From NCBI GenBank assembly GCA_017608625.1, contig JAFCFN010000004.1, forward strand, positions 1 to 63,167: 63,167 nucleotides of DNA. Direction: 5' to 3'. Of this stretch, positions 9,622 to 19,565 are shown piece after piece; position 1 is the first letter of the stretch, and the number at the start of each line of letters is the position of its first letter. Source of the stretch: Candidatus Woesearchaeota archaeon. Its GTDB lineage: Archaea > Nanobdellota > Nanobdellia > Woesearchaeales > JAFCFN01. The position numbers and the translations under genes were made by a program. The notes beneath the pieces were generated by a model. It saw only the letters and a program-made list of their open reading frames with translations, made no database searches and was not told the origin of the DNA.

Positions 9622-10724
9622 ATTTCTAGGGTTATCTTCTTCTCTTTAGCATTAACTTCTTTTATTATTTTATGACTTTTCAGCCTTTCTTTAATCTCTT
9701 GCAAAGAGTATTTTTTTCTAGCTTCGTTTATTTGGTTAATGATATCTTTTATTAAATTATACTTTTTATAGATTAGTTCTGCTTTTTTCTGATTTTCTTT
9801 AATTTCATTTTTAAGTTCTTTTATTTGTTCTTTTTGTTTTTCTACTATTCTTAGCTGTTTTTTAATTGCTTTTTGTTTTGCTAATTCAGCTGGAGAAGCT
9901 AATTCCTTTGTAAAATAAAAATCCAGAGCCTCGTTGAATGTTTTTATTTCTTTAAAATTATCTTCCTCATACTGTTGTAAAGGGAATGGAACAATATCTT
10001 GTAGATTTTGGTTTCTATAAATAATGCCTGCTTCGATTTTTTTGTTCTTTAATATTGATAAACTCTTAAAAATTTTGTTGACTTCATCTTTTGTTAAATG
10101 ATTTGCCTTTTTTGTTTTATCTATTTTAGCCAATAAGCAAACTTCTTCTGCATATAACCCTCCTAAACCAAGTTGAACTGCTAAGGTTCTTACTAAATCC
10201 AAATTTGAACTTTTTAGTAACTCTTTTAGTTCTTTGATTTTTAGTTTTAGAAAATTATATTTTTTCTGAGGGTATTTATAGAAAAGTCCTTTTTTAATTT
10301 CTCTGTCCTTCCATTTCTGCTGTTCCAAACAATTGATTATTTTGTTTTCTTCGTCCAATAATATTATGTTACCTTTATCAAATAACTCAATTATTAATTG
10401 ATACTTTTCTTTTTTGGTTTCTAGCGTAAAGCTTATTATCCTTTCAAAACCAAGTTGTTTTACTTCTCTGACCCTTGCATTTGCTAAGTATTTTCTGAGA
10501 AATAAGCAGAAAGAAGATGGTTCGCCATATTTTTCTTTAGATTTTATTAAATAAATTATTTTTCCTGGAATGATTTTGAGGATTTTCTTGCCTTTAGTTG
10601 GCACGTAGAATTGGATAATGAGTTCTTTTTTTGACGGATGATAAATTTGATCTATTCTAGCATTTATTAAGACTTGCAATTCCTTTAATAAGCAAAAATA
10701 GTCTAAGGCTGAAAATTGTCTCAT
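9612..10724 (-). CDS. NFACT/Rqc2 (FbpA)-family protein, N-terminal domains only
   Basis: PSSFCLFLRKYL, QLGFERII, IIELFDKGNIIL, LGLGGLYAEEVC, coiled coil; no NFACT-R domain. Confidence 0.85.
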   Translation of the reverse strand: MRQFSALDYFCLLKELQVLINARIDQIYHPSKKELIIQFYVPTKGKKILKIIPGKIIYLIKSKEKYGEPSSFCLFLRKYLANARVREVKQLGFERIISFTLETKKEKYQLIIELFDKGNIILLDEENKIINCLEQQKWKDREIKKGLFYKYPQKKYNFLKLKIKELKELLKSSNLDLVRTLAVQLGLGGLYAEEVCLLAKIDKTKKANHLTKDEVNKIFKSLSILKNKKIEAGIIYRNQNLQDIVPFPLQQYEEDNFKEIKTFNEALDFYFTKELASPAELAKQKAIKKQLRIVEKQKEQIKELKNEIKENQKKAELIYKKYNLIKDIINQINEARKKYSLQEIKERLKSHKIIKEVNAKEKKITLEIQT

Positions 10725-10773
10725 AATAAAAAGAAAGAAAAAGGTATTTTTAATGGTTTCTAATCAAATCAAT

Positions 10774-11349
10774 TTATTTTGATTTCTTGTATAGTTCCTT
10801 ATATCTTACAAGTTTATCAAATTCTTTAATAGGTATTTTTATTGCCACTTCTGTTTGATATAAATTGGTGAATACTTCAGACTTTTTTATCAATTCAATA
10901 GCTATTCCTGCTTCCTCAATTTCATGTGGTAGTTTTGATCTCATAAGATTTGCTGCTTTAATAAAAGGGTCATTACCTTCTTTTGTGGGATAATTATCAG
11001 CATAAAACCATATGTGTTTTCCATCCTGGTTTTTAATCATATATTCTTGAAGATCTGATATAACGCATGTTGCTATAGGATATTCATTAGCTTTTCTTTT
11101 ACTTTTAGGTATAGTTTCTCCATATGCATTATACACTTTATCTTTCATGGTTTTTTTGATCATGTTATTCTCAAAATCTGTAGTACTTATAGGCATAGTT
11201 GCACATCCTTGTAATCCCATTAACACACTTAAAGTTAAAGCTGCCAGCCCTTTTTCATTTACATCAGTTGTTAAAATATCTCCAATGCCAGGTATTTTTC
11301 TTACACCATCATTTAATTTTTTTCTTATGTTTTGAATATAGTTTTTCAT
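10774..11349 (-). CDS. Hypothetical lipoprotein
   Basis: Hydrophobic stretch ending LQGC; 191-aa ORF with upstream TATA-like box. Confidence 0.6.
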   Translation of the reverse strand: MKNYIQNIRKKLNDGVRKIPGIGDILTTDVNEKGLAALTLSVLMGLQGCATMPISTTDFENNMIKKTMKDKVYNAYGETIPKSKRKANEYPIATCVISDLQEYMIKNQDGKHIWFYADNYPTKEGNDPFIKAANLMRSKLPHEIEEAGIAIELIKKSEVFTNLYQTEVAIKIPIKEFDKLVRYKELYKKSK

Positions 11350-11410
11350 TCTTTACACACCATAACTAGCATATATCAAGATTTAAAGCATAACTTATAT
11401 ATAAATCTTT

Positions 11411-11911
11411 CTATTTTATACTACTGATTAGTAACAACTTATTTATTTCTATGCCTCTTGTAGTATCAACAACCAAAACCTTATGTTTTAGTTCTTTTGC
11501 CTCATTTAAGCAGACATCAAATATTTCACAATCTAAATTTTCCCTTATTTTTGCTTTATTATACCCTCTTTTTCTCAACCTTTTTTCTAGTGTTTTTAAG
11601 CTGCATTTTGTTATTATGCATAAATCAACATATCTTTTTGGGAGATAGTGGCTTAGATGAGAATCAATAATTATTCCACTTACTGTCCCTTGCCTTCCTT
11701 CTAGGGACTTAATAATGTCTATTATGACTTTGTTCAGTTTTTTAACATCAACAACATAGCATTTCCTTTTTTTATCATAACTTTCTGCTAATTTATGTTC
11801 TTTTATTATCTTGTTAACATCAAGGTATTTGTAGTTTAATTTTTTTGCTAGTTTTTTTGCTAAAGTTGTTTTTCCTGTCCCTACACTACCAGATATAACA
11901 ATAACTTTCAT
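11411..11911 (-). CDS. AK6/Fap7-type adenylate kinase
   Basis: ISGSVGTGKTT, IIDSHLSH, RGYNKAKIRENLDCEI. Confidence 0.9.
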   Translation of the reverse strand: MKVIVISGSVGTGKTTLAKKLAKKLNYKYLDVNKIIKEHKLAESYDKKRKCYVVDVKKLNKVIIDIIKSLEGRQGTVSGIIIDSHLSHYLPKRYVDLCIITKCSLKTLEKRLRKRGYNKAKIRENLDCEIFDVCLNEAKELKHKVLVVDTTRGIEINKLLLISSIK

Positions 11912-11952
11912 GCTATTAGAAAAAGAAAGAAGATATTTAAAGCTTTAGTAGC

Positions 11953-12050
11953 AACCTTCAAAAAGGTTGATCATTTGGGGAACATGCGCTTTGCTTAGTT
12001 CCCCTTTTAAAGATGTTTAATCATCTGGTAAAATTAAAGCTTTGCTTAAA
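11953..12050 (-). repeat. Intergenic bipartite palindromic element, copy A
   Basis: AACCTT-CAAA-AAGGTT, GATC, GGGGAAC-ATGCGCTTTGCTTA-GTTCCCC; resembles 29507-29584. Confidence 0.7.
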
Positions 12051-12064
12051 ATCTGTTTTGATTT

Positions 12065-12313
12065 TTAGTAGAAAACAGCAACGCATTTATTGTTAATACA
12101 TTTACATGTTCCTTGTCCGCAGTCTAGAGTGTTTGCTTGACATTCCGTTGTGCAGAAAATATTGGTGCAATTTGGTGCATTCTCTTTTGCAGTGCAAGAA
12201 GTAGGATGACAGCATTGTGTAGGAACACAATCTGAATCTTTGATGCATTCGTGTTGCCTAATACAACCACTAATTAAAAATAGAATAAGAATTAAAAAAA
12301 ATATTTTTCTTAT
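12065..12313 (-). CDS. Small cysteine-rich lipoprotein; probable ATA start
   Basis: GAGGAG RBS then ATA at 12313; lipobox LISGC followed by a Cys-rich domain. Confidence 0.7.
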   Translation of the reverse strand: MRKIFFLILILFLISGCIRQHECIKDSDCVPTQCCHPTSCTAKENAPNCTNIFCTTECQANTLDCGQGTCKCINNKCVAVFY

Positions 12314-12326
12314 AATTTTCTCCTCT

Positions 12327-13958
12327 TTAATATTCAGGCATTCCTCCTGGCATTCCACTAGAAGGTGTTGATGGAGTTTTCTCTTTTCCACCTGCAATCA
12401 CATCATCTATTCTTAGAATCATCTCTGCCACTTCTGATGCTGATTTTATTGCCTGAGTTTTTATCTTTAAAGGTTCTATTACTCCTTTTTTCCAGTTGTC
12501 AACTATTTTTCCTGAGTAAACATCTATTCCAGCACTTTTTCTTCCTTTGTTGTGCTCTGCTTTTAATTCTGTTAAGATATCAATTGGATCTAGGCCAGCA
12601 TTTTCTGCTAGTGTTCTTGGAATAATTTCCACTGAGTCAGCAAATGCATTTACTGCAAGCTGCTCTCTTCCAGGCAAAGAGTGAGCGAATTTTCTTAAGC
12701 CTTTTGCAAGCTCTATCTCTACTGCTCCACCACCAGCAACAACCTTTCCAACTCTTAAAGCAGATGTAACATCTCCTATTGCATCCTCTACTGCCCTTTT
12801 GATTTCATCAACAACATGCTCTGTTCCCCCTCTTACTAAAATTGTGACTGCTTTTGGATTTTTACATTCCTCAACATATGTCATTTCTTCATCTCCTATT
12901 TTTAGCTCTCTTACTATTCCTGCTTTTCCTAGATCTTTTTCTGTTAAATCATCTAAGTTAGTTACTACTCTTGCTCCTGTTGCTCTTGCTAGCTTTTCCA
13001 TATCACTCTTTTTAATTCTTCTTGCTGCATAAATGCCTCTCTTTGCTAAGAAATGCTGTGCAATATCGTCTATACCTTTCTGGCAGAATAGTACATTGCA
13101 ACCTGAGCTAGCTACTTTGTCTACCATTGCTTTTAACATTTTTTCTTCTTGATCAATGAATGCCTGCATTTGCTCAGGAGAGGTTATTTGTATTTTTGCG
13201 TCTATTTCTGTGCTTTTAATTTCTAAAGCACAATCTATTAATGCTATTTTGGCATTTTTAACTAGTTTAGGCATAGCAGAATGAACTCTTTCTTTATCTA
13301 AAATAATCCCTTGAATTAATTCAGAATCCTCTACGCCTGCACCTACTTTTTTCTCTATTTTGATATCATCTGTGTTAATAACAATTTTGTCATTTTCTTT
13401 TTCAACAATCTCTTTAACAGCTTTTACAACTAGGTCTGCTAATTTTTCTTTTGCTGTTTCTGCTCCTTTTCCTGTCATTGCTGTTATTGCTATCTTTTTC
13501 AATAATTCAGTGTCTTTTTCAGTTACTTTTTCAGCTATTTTTTCAAGTATAATTTGAGATTGAGCAGCTGCTTGCCTATATCCTCTTGCTAAAACAGTTG
13601 GATGAATTTCCTGATCAAGTAGCCTTTCAGCATTTTTCAATAGCTCTCCAGCAAGTACAACAGCTGTTGTTGTTCCATCCCCTACTTCATCATTTTGAGT
13701 TTTTGCAACCTCCACTATCATTTTTGCAGCAGGATGCTCGACATTTAGTTCTTCTACTATTGTTGCACCGTCATTTGTCACTGTTATATCTCCTAAACTA
13801 TCAACAATCATCTTGTCCATACCTTTTGGACCAAGAGTTGTTCTGACTGTTTCTGCTACTAGCTTGGCTGCCATTATATTTGTTCTTTGCGCATCCCTGC
13901 CAGTAGTTCTTTGATATCCTTCAGGTAATATAAAAATAGGTTGAACCTGATTTGCCAT
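12327..13958 (-). CDS. ths: Thermosome subunit (group II chaperonin)
   Basis: [29 protein letters not shown] tail; ATG 13958 after GGGGGTG RBS. Confidence 0.97.
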   Translation of the reverse strand: MANQVQPIFILPEGYQRTTGRDAQRTNIMAAKLVAETVRTTLGPKGMDKMIVDSLGDITVTNDGATIVEELNVEHPAAKMIVEVAKTQNDEVGDGTTTAVVLAGELLKNAERLLDQEIHPTVLARGYRQAAAQSQIILEKIAEKVTEKDTELLKKIAITAMTGKGAETAKEKLADLVVKAVKEIVEKENDKIVINTDDIKIEKKVGAGVEDSELIQGIILDKERVHSAMPKLVKNAKIALIDCALEIKSTEIDAKIQITSPEQMQAFIDQEEKMLKAMVDKVASSGCNVLFCQKGIDDIAQHFLAKRGIYAARRIKKSDMEKLARATGARVVTNLDDLTEKDLGKAGIVRELKIGDEEMTYVEECKNPKAVTILVRGGTEHVVDEIKRAVEDAIGDVTSALRVGKVVAGGGAVEIELAKGLRKFAHSLPGREQLAVNAFADSVEIIPRTLAENAGLDPIDILTELKAEHNKGRKSAGIDVYSGKIVDNWKKGVIEPLKIKTQAIKSASEVAEMILRIDDVIAGGKEKTPSTPSSGMPGGMPEY

Positions 13959-14101
13959 GCTACACACCCCCTGTTTTTTTTGAAAGAATGTTGGAGTCTT
14001 GAATGATTTGAGCAATACCTATTTATAAACATATCGTTTTAAATTTTTATCTAAAAAAGCAAAAGATTTAAATATCTCTTTATCACTTTTAAGTTACAAA
14101 A

Positions 14102-14728
14102 ATGGAAAAGAAACTTACTAGCGAAGTATTAGATAACATCCTTGATAAAATAGAGAATCCTAACATAGCTGTTGTTGGTCCTGGTTTAAATGAGGATCTA
14201 ATGATCTGTGATGCTTCTCTTTTCTATTATTTAAATAGATTATATAATAGGAGAGGAAAATTGAGTATAATTGATAAATACGATTTTTTCATTAAGTACT
14301 ATAAAAAAGATATTCTATGTCAAAGATTCCCTATGACAAAAAATATAGAATATCTGATAGAGGATATAACTGCAAAGAATAATAGTGTGAAAAGAAAGTT
14401 TGACATTATATCTTATCATTGCAGTGTCCCTTTTATTTCTGCAACAGAAGAGGGTATAAAGAAAGTTATTAATTCAAGTTACTGCTTACTTAAGGAAAAT
14501 GGTAAAGCAATTTTTATGTCATTTTGTGGAGAAAGTGAATACATGTTACACAAATTATTTTCTCAAACAACAAAAATACTGAGATCATTGTTACTTTCTG
14601 ATAAGAGATTTAAGGTTGAGGATTTTAATATAGAAGATTCTTATGTGGCTTATAATGGAACACAAAAAGAGACAATTTGGCCATACTATGCCTGCAATAC
14701 TATGACAATAGCAACAAAACTAAAATGA
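14102..14728 (+). CDS. Divergent SAM-dependent methyltransferase-like protein
   Basis: VVGPG motif, FDII, LLKENGKAIF. Confidence 0.55.
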   Translation: MEKKLTSEVLDNILDKIENPNIAVVGPGLNEDLMICDASLFYYLNRLYNRRGKLSIIDKYDFFIKYYKKDILCQRFPMTKNIEYLIEDITAKNNSVKRKFDIISYHCSVPFISATEEGIKKVINSSYCLLKENGKAIFMSFCGESEYMLHKLFSQTTKILRSLLLSDKRFKVEDFNIEDSYVAYNGTQKETIWPYYACNTMTIATKLK

Positions 14729-15276
14729 TAATAACAATATCTGGTTTGCCTGGAAGTGGGAAAAGCACTGTTGCTAAGTATGTAGCTAAAAAACTTAATC
14801 TTAAACATTACTATATTGGTCAGATTTTAAGGGATATGGCCAAAAAGCAAGGAAAGGTTTTTCAGGATTTTTATAAAGAAGCAGATCCAGAAGAGGTTGA
14901 TAAAAAGGTTGATGAATATCAAAAGAAGTTAGGGATAATAGAAGATAATTTTATCATTGAAGGAAGAACTTCATTTTATTTTATACCTCACTCAACCAAA
15001 GTGTTTTTGACTGTTGATTTAAAAGTAGGCGCTAAAAGGATTTTTGAAGAATCAAAAAGAAGAAAGGAAATTGGATCTGAAAGAACTTACAATAGTTTAG
15101 AGGAGGCAATAAATGATGTTAAAGATAGAATTGAAACAGAGAAAAAGAGATATTGGGAGCTTTATCATCTTGATCATCACAATCTTAAATTATATGACCT
15201 TGTTATTGATTCCACTCATCTGACACCTACTCAAATTGGCGATCTAATAATAGATTATGTAAAAAACAAAAATTGA
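14725..15276 (+). CDS. cmk: Archaeal cytidylate kinase
   Basis: MIITISGLPGSGKSTVAK, EGR, RY..LY..YDLVIDS; ATG overlaps upstream stop (ATGA). Confidence 0.92.
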   Translation: MIITISGLPGSGKSTVAKYVAKKLNLKHYYIGQILRDMAKKQGKVFQDFYKEADPEEVDKKVDEYQKKLGIIEDNFIIEGRTSFYFIPHSTKVFLTVDLKVGAKRIFEESKRRKEIGSERTYNSLEEAINDVKDRIETEKKRYWELYHLDHHNLKLYDLVIDSTHLTPTQIGDLIIDYVKNKN

Positions 15277-15287
15277 TTTTTTGAAAA

Positions 15288-15953
15288 ATGGAATTTGATA
15301 ATCAGGATTTAATAGACGAGATATACAAAGACATTGGAAAAATAAAGAAGATACATCCTAATTTATTTTTTACAGCAATAACAAAAGATGTTTTTGAAGA
15401 AAAAGCAGTGGATGATGCAGTTATTGTTTACATTTCAAATATTTTAACTAAATTTTTATCTACTGAAAATTTATACAAGCTTGGTAATTATATGATAGAT
15501 ATGCTGAAGATTCGGGGAGAATTAGATTCATATAGGAGATACTTGGCGGATATTCATATTGGTGATTATTCTTTATTCTTTACAGGAGTTTTCCCAGAAA
15601 TTTTTAAAAAAAGAATTGATCCGTACAAACCTATACCTCCAGACAAGTCTTTGTATTTTTATTTTGGTAAGAAAGCCTATATGGACGCTTCAAATAGCTT
15701 TGAAGCAAGGAAGCTTGGTTTAGATGAATTATTTGAGAATCTTTCAAAGGATTTTGAGGAATACTCTTATTTATTAAACATAGTAAAAGAAAGGCATATG
15801 CCAAATAAAAAAGCTTTGACAGATTTAATGCTTAAGGAGTATAATAAATACAAAGAAACAAAAAATATGCTGTACCTGCAAAAAGCAAGATCTATTGCAG
15901 ATGTGCTTAATATAAGGAAAGAACAGTTTCCTGATCTTTATAGAAACCTTTAA
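15288..15953 (+). CDS. Conserved hypothetical protein
   Basis: 221-aa ORF with IGDYSLFFTGVFPE motif. Confidence 0.65.
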   Translation: MEFDNQDLIDEIYKDIGKIKKIHPNLFFTAITKDVFEEKAVDDAVIVYISNILTKFLSTENLYKLGNYMIDMLKIRGELDSYRRYLADIHIGDYSLFFTGVFPEIFKKRIDPYKPIPPDKSLYFYFGKKAYMDASNSFEARKLGLDELFENLSKDFEEYSYLLNIVKERHMPNKKALTDLMLKEYNKYKETKNMLYLQKARSIADVLNIRKEQFPDLYRNL

Positions 15954-15978
15954 ATATATTCTCTGATGAATTCTTATC

Positions 15979-16722
15979 ATGTCAGAGAAAATAAAAAAAG
16001 GAGATTTTGTTGAATTAGACTATACTGGTAAAGAAAAAGATTCTGGTTTAGTTTTTGATACAACAATAGAAGATATTGCTAAGAAAAATAATTTGTACAA
16101 CAGGAATGCGAGCTATAAACCCATAATAGTATGCGTTGGAGAAAAACAAATTCTTGCTGGTTTGGATAAAGAATTAGAAGGAAAAGAAGTTGGCAAAAGC
16201 TACTCTTTTGAGATTCCTCCTGAACTTGGCTTTGGAAAGAAAAATGCAAAATTATTAAGAATAATTCCTGCTGCTGTTTTTAAGAAACAGCAGATTAGAC
16301 CTGTGCCAGGATTGCAAGTAAATGTAGATGGAATTATTGGAACAGTTAAAGCAGTTGGAGGAGGAAGAATAATTGTTGATTTTAATCATCCTCTTTCTGG
16401 AAAAACTTTGATTTATGATGTGGATATTAAAAGAATAATTACAGATAAAAAAGATCAAGTAAAAGCATATTTAGATCTTATTGGAATTAAAAATGCTGAT
16501 GTGGCATTATCAAATGATGGAGCAAAGATCAAATTAAAAACGCCACTGCCTGATGAATTTAAGGAAAGACTTTCAAAAAAATTACAAGATCTGGTTAAAC
16601 TTAAAAAGATTGATTTTGAAATTGTAAATGTTAAGAAAGAAGCCTCTAAAAAGATTGAAGAAAAAACATCAACTATCTCTAGTAAAGAGGAGAAAAAAGG
16701 CAAGCAAAAACCAGGTGAATAG
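15979..16722 (+). CDS. FKBP-type peptidyl-prolyl isomerase, long archaeal type
   Basis: GDFVELDYTG, VFDTT, VDFNHPLSGKTL. Confidence 0.93.
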   Translation: MSEKIKKGDFVELDYTGKEKDSGLVFDTTIEDIAKKNNLYNRNASYKPIIVCVGEKQILAGLDKELEGKEVGKSYSFEIPPELGFGKKNAKLLRIIPAAVFKKQQIRPVPGLQVNVDGIIGTVKAVGGGRIIVDFNHPLSGKTLIYDVDIKRIITDKKDQVKAYLDLIGIKNADVALSNDGAKIKLKTPLPDEFKERLSKKLQDLVKLKKIDFEIVNVKKEASKKIEEKTSTISSKEEKKGKQKPGE

Positions 16723-16825
16723 AATAGTGTAGAATAATAATTTTTAAATATAAGTAGTGTTTTTATGATTCTCAAGTGGGGAATTATCCTGTTTGTCATA
16801 TTAAAGTGAGGGGTGTTAGAAAAAA

Positions 16826-17971
16826 ATGGGGGATTTTATTAATGAACAAGAAGGAATTGATTCTATTGAACAACCAGTTCAAGAACAAAAACCAATACAA
16901 GGAGATTTACCAGTAAGAAATGCAAATGTTGAGGATGCGGAATTAGAAGAAATCCTTGCCAGACAAAGAGCAACTATTAAGGTTGTTGGAACTGGTGGCG
17001 GCGGAAATAATACAATCAACAGAATTGCTGAAGTGGGAATAACTGGTGTTGAGTCAATTGCTGTTAATACTGACGCTCAAGATTTATTATTTACAACAGC
17101 TGATAAAAAAATCCTTATTGGAAGAGAGATCACAAAAGGTCTTGGTGCTGGTTCTGATCCAAAAATAGGAGAAGAAGCTGCTAAAGAGAGTGAGCATGAG
17201 ATAAAACAAGCGATATATAATGCTGATATGGTGTTTATTACATGTGGTTTAGGTGGAGGAACAGGAACTGGATCTGCTCCTATAATAGCAGAGATTGCTA
17301 AAAAAATGGGAGCTTTGACAGTTGGAGTGGTTACACTACCTTTTACAATAGAAGGACAGACAAGATATGAGAATGCAATGATTGGTTTGGAGAAATTAGA
17401 GAATATAGTTGACACCCTGATTGTTATTCCGAATGATAAGTTATTGGAATTAGCACCTGATTTACCATTACAAACCGCTTTTAAGGTTGCTGATGAAATA
17501 TTGACAAATGCTGTTAAAGGGATTTCTGAATTAGTTACAAAAGCAGGTTTAGTTAACCTAGACTTTGCAGATATAAGAGCAGTTATGAAAGGCGGAGGAG
17601 TAGCTTTGATAGGTGTTGGAGAGAGTGATACAGAAAACAGAGCAGTTGAGGCTGTTGAAAAGGCAATTACAAATCCTTTGTTGGATGTTGATATCTCAGG
17701 AGCAAATGGAGCGTTGATTAATGTAGCAGGTGGACAGGATTTAACTCTTGATGAGGCTAAGAAGGTTGTTGAAACTGTTTCTGATAGACTATCAGAGAAT
17801 GCAAAGATTATATGGGGAGCGCAGATAAGCCCTGATTTGGCTAATACAATCAGAACAATGCTTATTGTGACAGGAGTTAAAAGCAGTCAGATATTTGGAC
17901 CAGGAAGAACAGTTAGTGACAAGAGAAAACAAGAGATAGAGCAAGAGCTAGGAATAAAGTTTGTTGACTAA
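16826..17971 (+). CDS. ftsZ: Cell division protein FtsZ
   Basis: [21 protein letters not shown]. Confidence 0.98.
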   Translation: MGDFINEQEGIDSIEQPVQEQKPIQGDLPVRNANVEDAELEEILARQRATIKVVGTGGGGNNTINRIAEVGITGVESIAVNTDAQDLLFTTADKKILIGREITKGLGAGSDPKIGEEAAKESEHEIKQAIYNADMVFITCGLGGGTGTGSAPIIAEIAKKMGALTVGVVTLPFTIEGQTRYENAMIGLEKLENIVDTLIVIPNDKLLELAPDLPLQTAFKVADEILTNAVKGISELVTKAGLVNLDFADIRAVMKGGGVALIGVGESDTENRAVEAVEKAITNPLLDVDISGANGALINVAGGQDLTLDEAKKVVETVSDRLSENAKIIWGAQISPDLANTIRTMLIVTGVKSSQIFGPGRTVSDKRKQEIEQELGIKFVD

Positions 17972-17986
17972 GATTTTTATTAAAGC

Positions 17987-18015
17987 TTTAAGAGAGTGAG
18001 AATTACTCTCTTAAA
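17987..18015 (+). repeat. 13-bp hairpin with GAA triloop downstream of ftsZ
   Basis: TTTAAGAGAGTGA-GAA-TTACTCTCTTAAA. Confidence 0.6.
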
Positions 18016-18075
18016 AATTTCAATCTTTTTGTTATAACCATAACATTTAAAAAACAATCCTCTTTTCTCTATATA

Positions 18076-18276
18076 ATGGATTATACAGAGGAAAAGCCAA
18101 ATTTAATAAATAAGTTAAGAAGATTCATAATAGAATGTGTGAGAGTTTTAAAAGTTACAAGAAAGCCAACCAAAGAAGAGTTTAAAACAATTGTCAAAGT
18201 AACTGGTTTGGGAATAATAATCATTGGTTTGATAGGCTTTATAATTCAGTTAATCAAGATCATATTTTTTAAGTAA
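18076..18276 (+). CDS. secE: Protein translocase SecE/Sec61-gamma
   Basis: RVLKVTRKPTKEEF plus TM segment; conserved ftsZ-secE-spt5-rpl11 synteny. Confidence 0.95.
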   Translation: MDYTEEKPNLINKLRRFIIECVRVLKVTRKPTKEEFKTIVKVTGLGIIIIGLIGFIIQLIKIIFFK

Positions 18277-18277
18277 A

Positions 18278-18754
18278 ATGGTAGAAGAAAGTGCTATATT
18301 TGCATTAAGAACAACACCTAATAGAGAAGATCAAGTAATGGATTTTGTTAGCTCTAATGCTGCTAAAAAAGGATTAGAAGTTTATTCTATTGTTAGGCCT
18401 CATGGTTTAAGAGGTTATATATTTATTGAGGCAAAAACAAGAACAGAGGCAGAGCAGGCAGCAGCAGGTGTTCCTTATGCAAGAGGAATATTGCCAAAAC
18501 CTGTTGAGTATAATGAAATAGAGCATATGCTTGAGCAGATCAAGGTTGAGAGAGATATAAGGAAGAATGATATTGTTGAGATTATTGCTGGAGCATTTAA
18601 AAGAGAGCAGGCAAAGATTATAAGAGTTGATAAACAAAAAGAAGAAGTTGTTGTAGAATTATTAGAAGCAGCTGTTCCTATTCCAATAACAGTAAGAATG
18701 GATGCTGTTAAGGTTATAAGAAGAGAGGGCGAGGCTGAGAAAGAGGAGGAATAA
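18278..18754 (+). CDS. spt5: Transcription elongation factor Spt5
   Basis: NGN domain (LRGYIFIEA) and KOW (VEIIAGAFK), PIPITV. Confidence 0.95.
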   Translation: MVEESAIFALRTTPNREDQVMDFVSSNAAKKGLEVYSIVRPHGLRGYIFIEAKTRTEAEQAAAGVPYARGILPKPVEYNEIEHMLEQIKVERDIRKNDIVEIIAGAFKREQAKIIRVDKQKEEVVVELLEAAVPIPITVRMDAVKVIRREGEAEKEEE

Positions 18755-18755
18755 T

Positions 18756-18820
18756 GCGAGCAAAGCGAGCAAATTTTTTGGTTAAGCTTTTTGCCGACTT
18801 AAAGGAGGGAAAAAGGTTAA
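18756..18820 (+). repeat. Palindromic element with tandem G.A motifs between spt5 and rpl11
   Basis: GCGAGCAAAGCGAGC at 18756-18770 and TTAAGCTTTTT..AAAAAGGTTAA hairpin at 18782-18820. Confidence 0.65.
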
Positions 18821-19561
18821 ATGGCAAAAGAGACTGTTGAAGCATTGGTGGAAGGAGGAAAAGCAACAGCAGCACCTCCATTAGGCCCAGCTTTGGGTCC
18901 ATTAGGAGTTAACATAGGTCAGGTAGTATCTGCAATTAATGAAAAAACCAAAGATTTTAAGGGAATGCAGGTTCCTATAAAAGTGATTGTTGATACTGAT
19001 ACAAAACAGTTTGAGATAACAGTCGGAACACCACCTGTTTCTTCTTTATTACTGAAGGAAGCTGGAATTGAGAAAGGTAGCAGTAATCCTCTGCAAGATA
19101 GGGTTGCTGATGTTCTTATAGAACAAATTATCAAAATTGCTAAGATGAAAGAAGATTCTTTATTAGGAAAAACATTAAAAGAGAAAGTTAAAGAAGTAAT
19201 TGGATCTGCTAATTCAATGGGAATATTGGTAGAAGGGAAGCCTGCTAAAGAGGCTATTAAATTAGTTGATGAGGGCAAGTTTGATAAAGAAATTTTAGAA
19301 GAGAAAACAGAGCTATCAGCAGAAGAGTTGAAAAAACTAGAAGAAGAGAAGAAGAAATTGGCAGAAGAAATAGAAGCAAGAAGAGCAGAATTTGAAGCTA
19401 AAGCTAAAGCAATTATTGAGGAGATGAAAGATGCTGAGAAATCAGCTATAAAAGCAAAACTAAGAGAAGCAGAGATTCCTGAACAGATTATTAAGGAGTT
19501 ATTGCCTGAAGAGGCAGCACCAGCCGCTGGTGGAGCTGCAGCTCCAGAGAAGAAGGAATAA
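18821..19561 (+). CDS. rpl11: 50S ribosomal protein L11 with long charged C-terminal extension
   Basis: GGKATAAPPLGPALGPLG, GSANSMGI. Confidence 0.96.
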   Translation: MAKETVEALVEGGKATAAPPLGPALGPLGVNIGQVVSAINEKTKDFKGMQVPIKVIVDTDTKQFEITVGTPPVSSLLLKEAGIEKGSSNPLQDRVADVLIEQIIKIAKMKEDSLLGKTLKEKVKEVIGSANSMGILVEGKPAKEAIKLVDEGKFDKEILEEKTELSAEELKKLEEEKKKLAEEIEARRAEFEAKAKAIIEEMKDAEKSAIKAKLREAEIPEQIIKELLPEEAAPAAGGAAAPEKKE

Positions 19562-19565
19562 ATTT

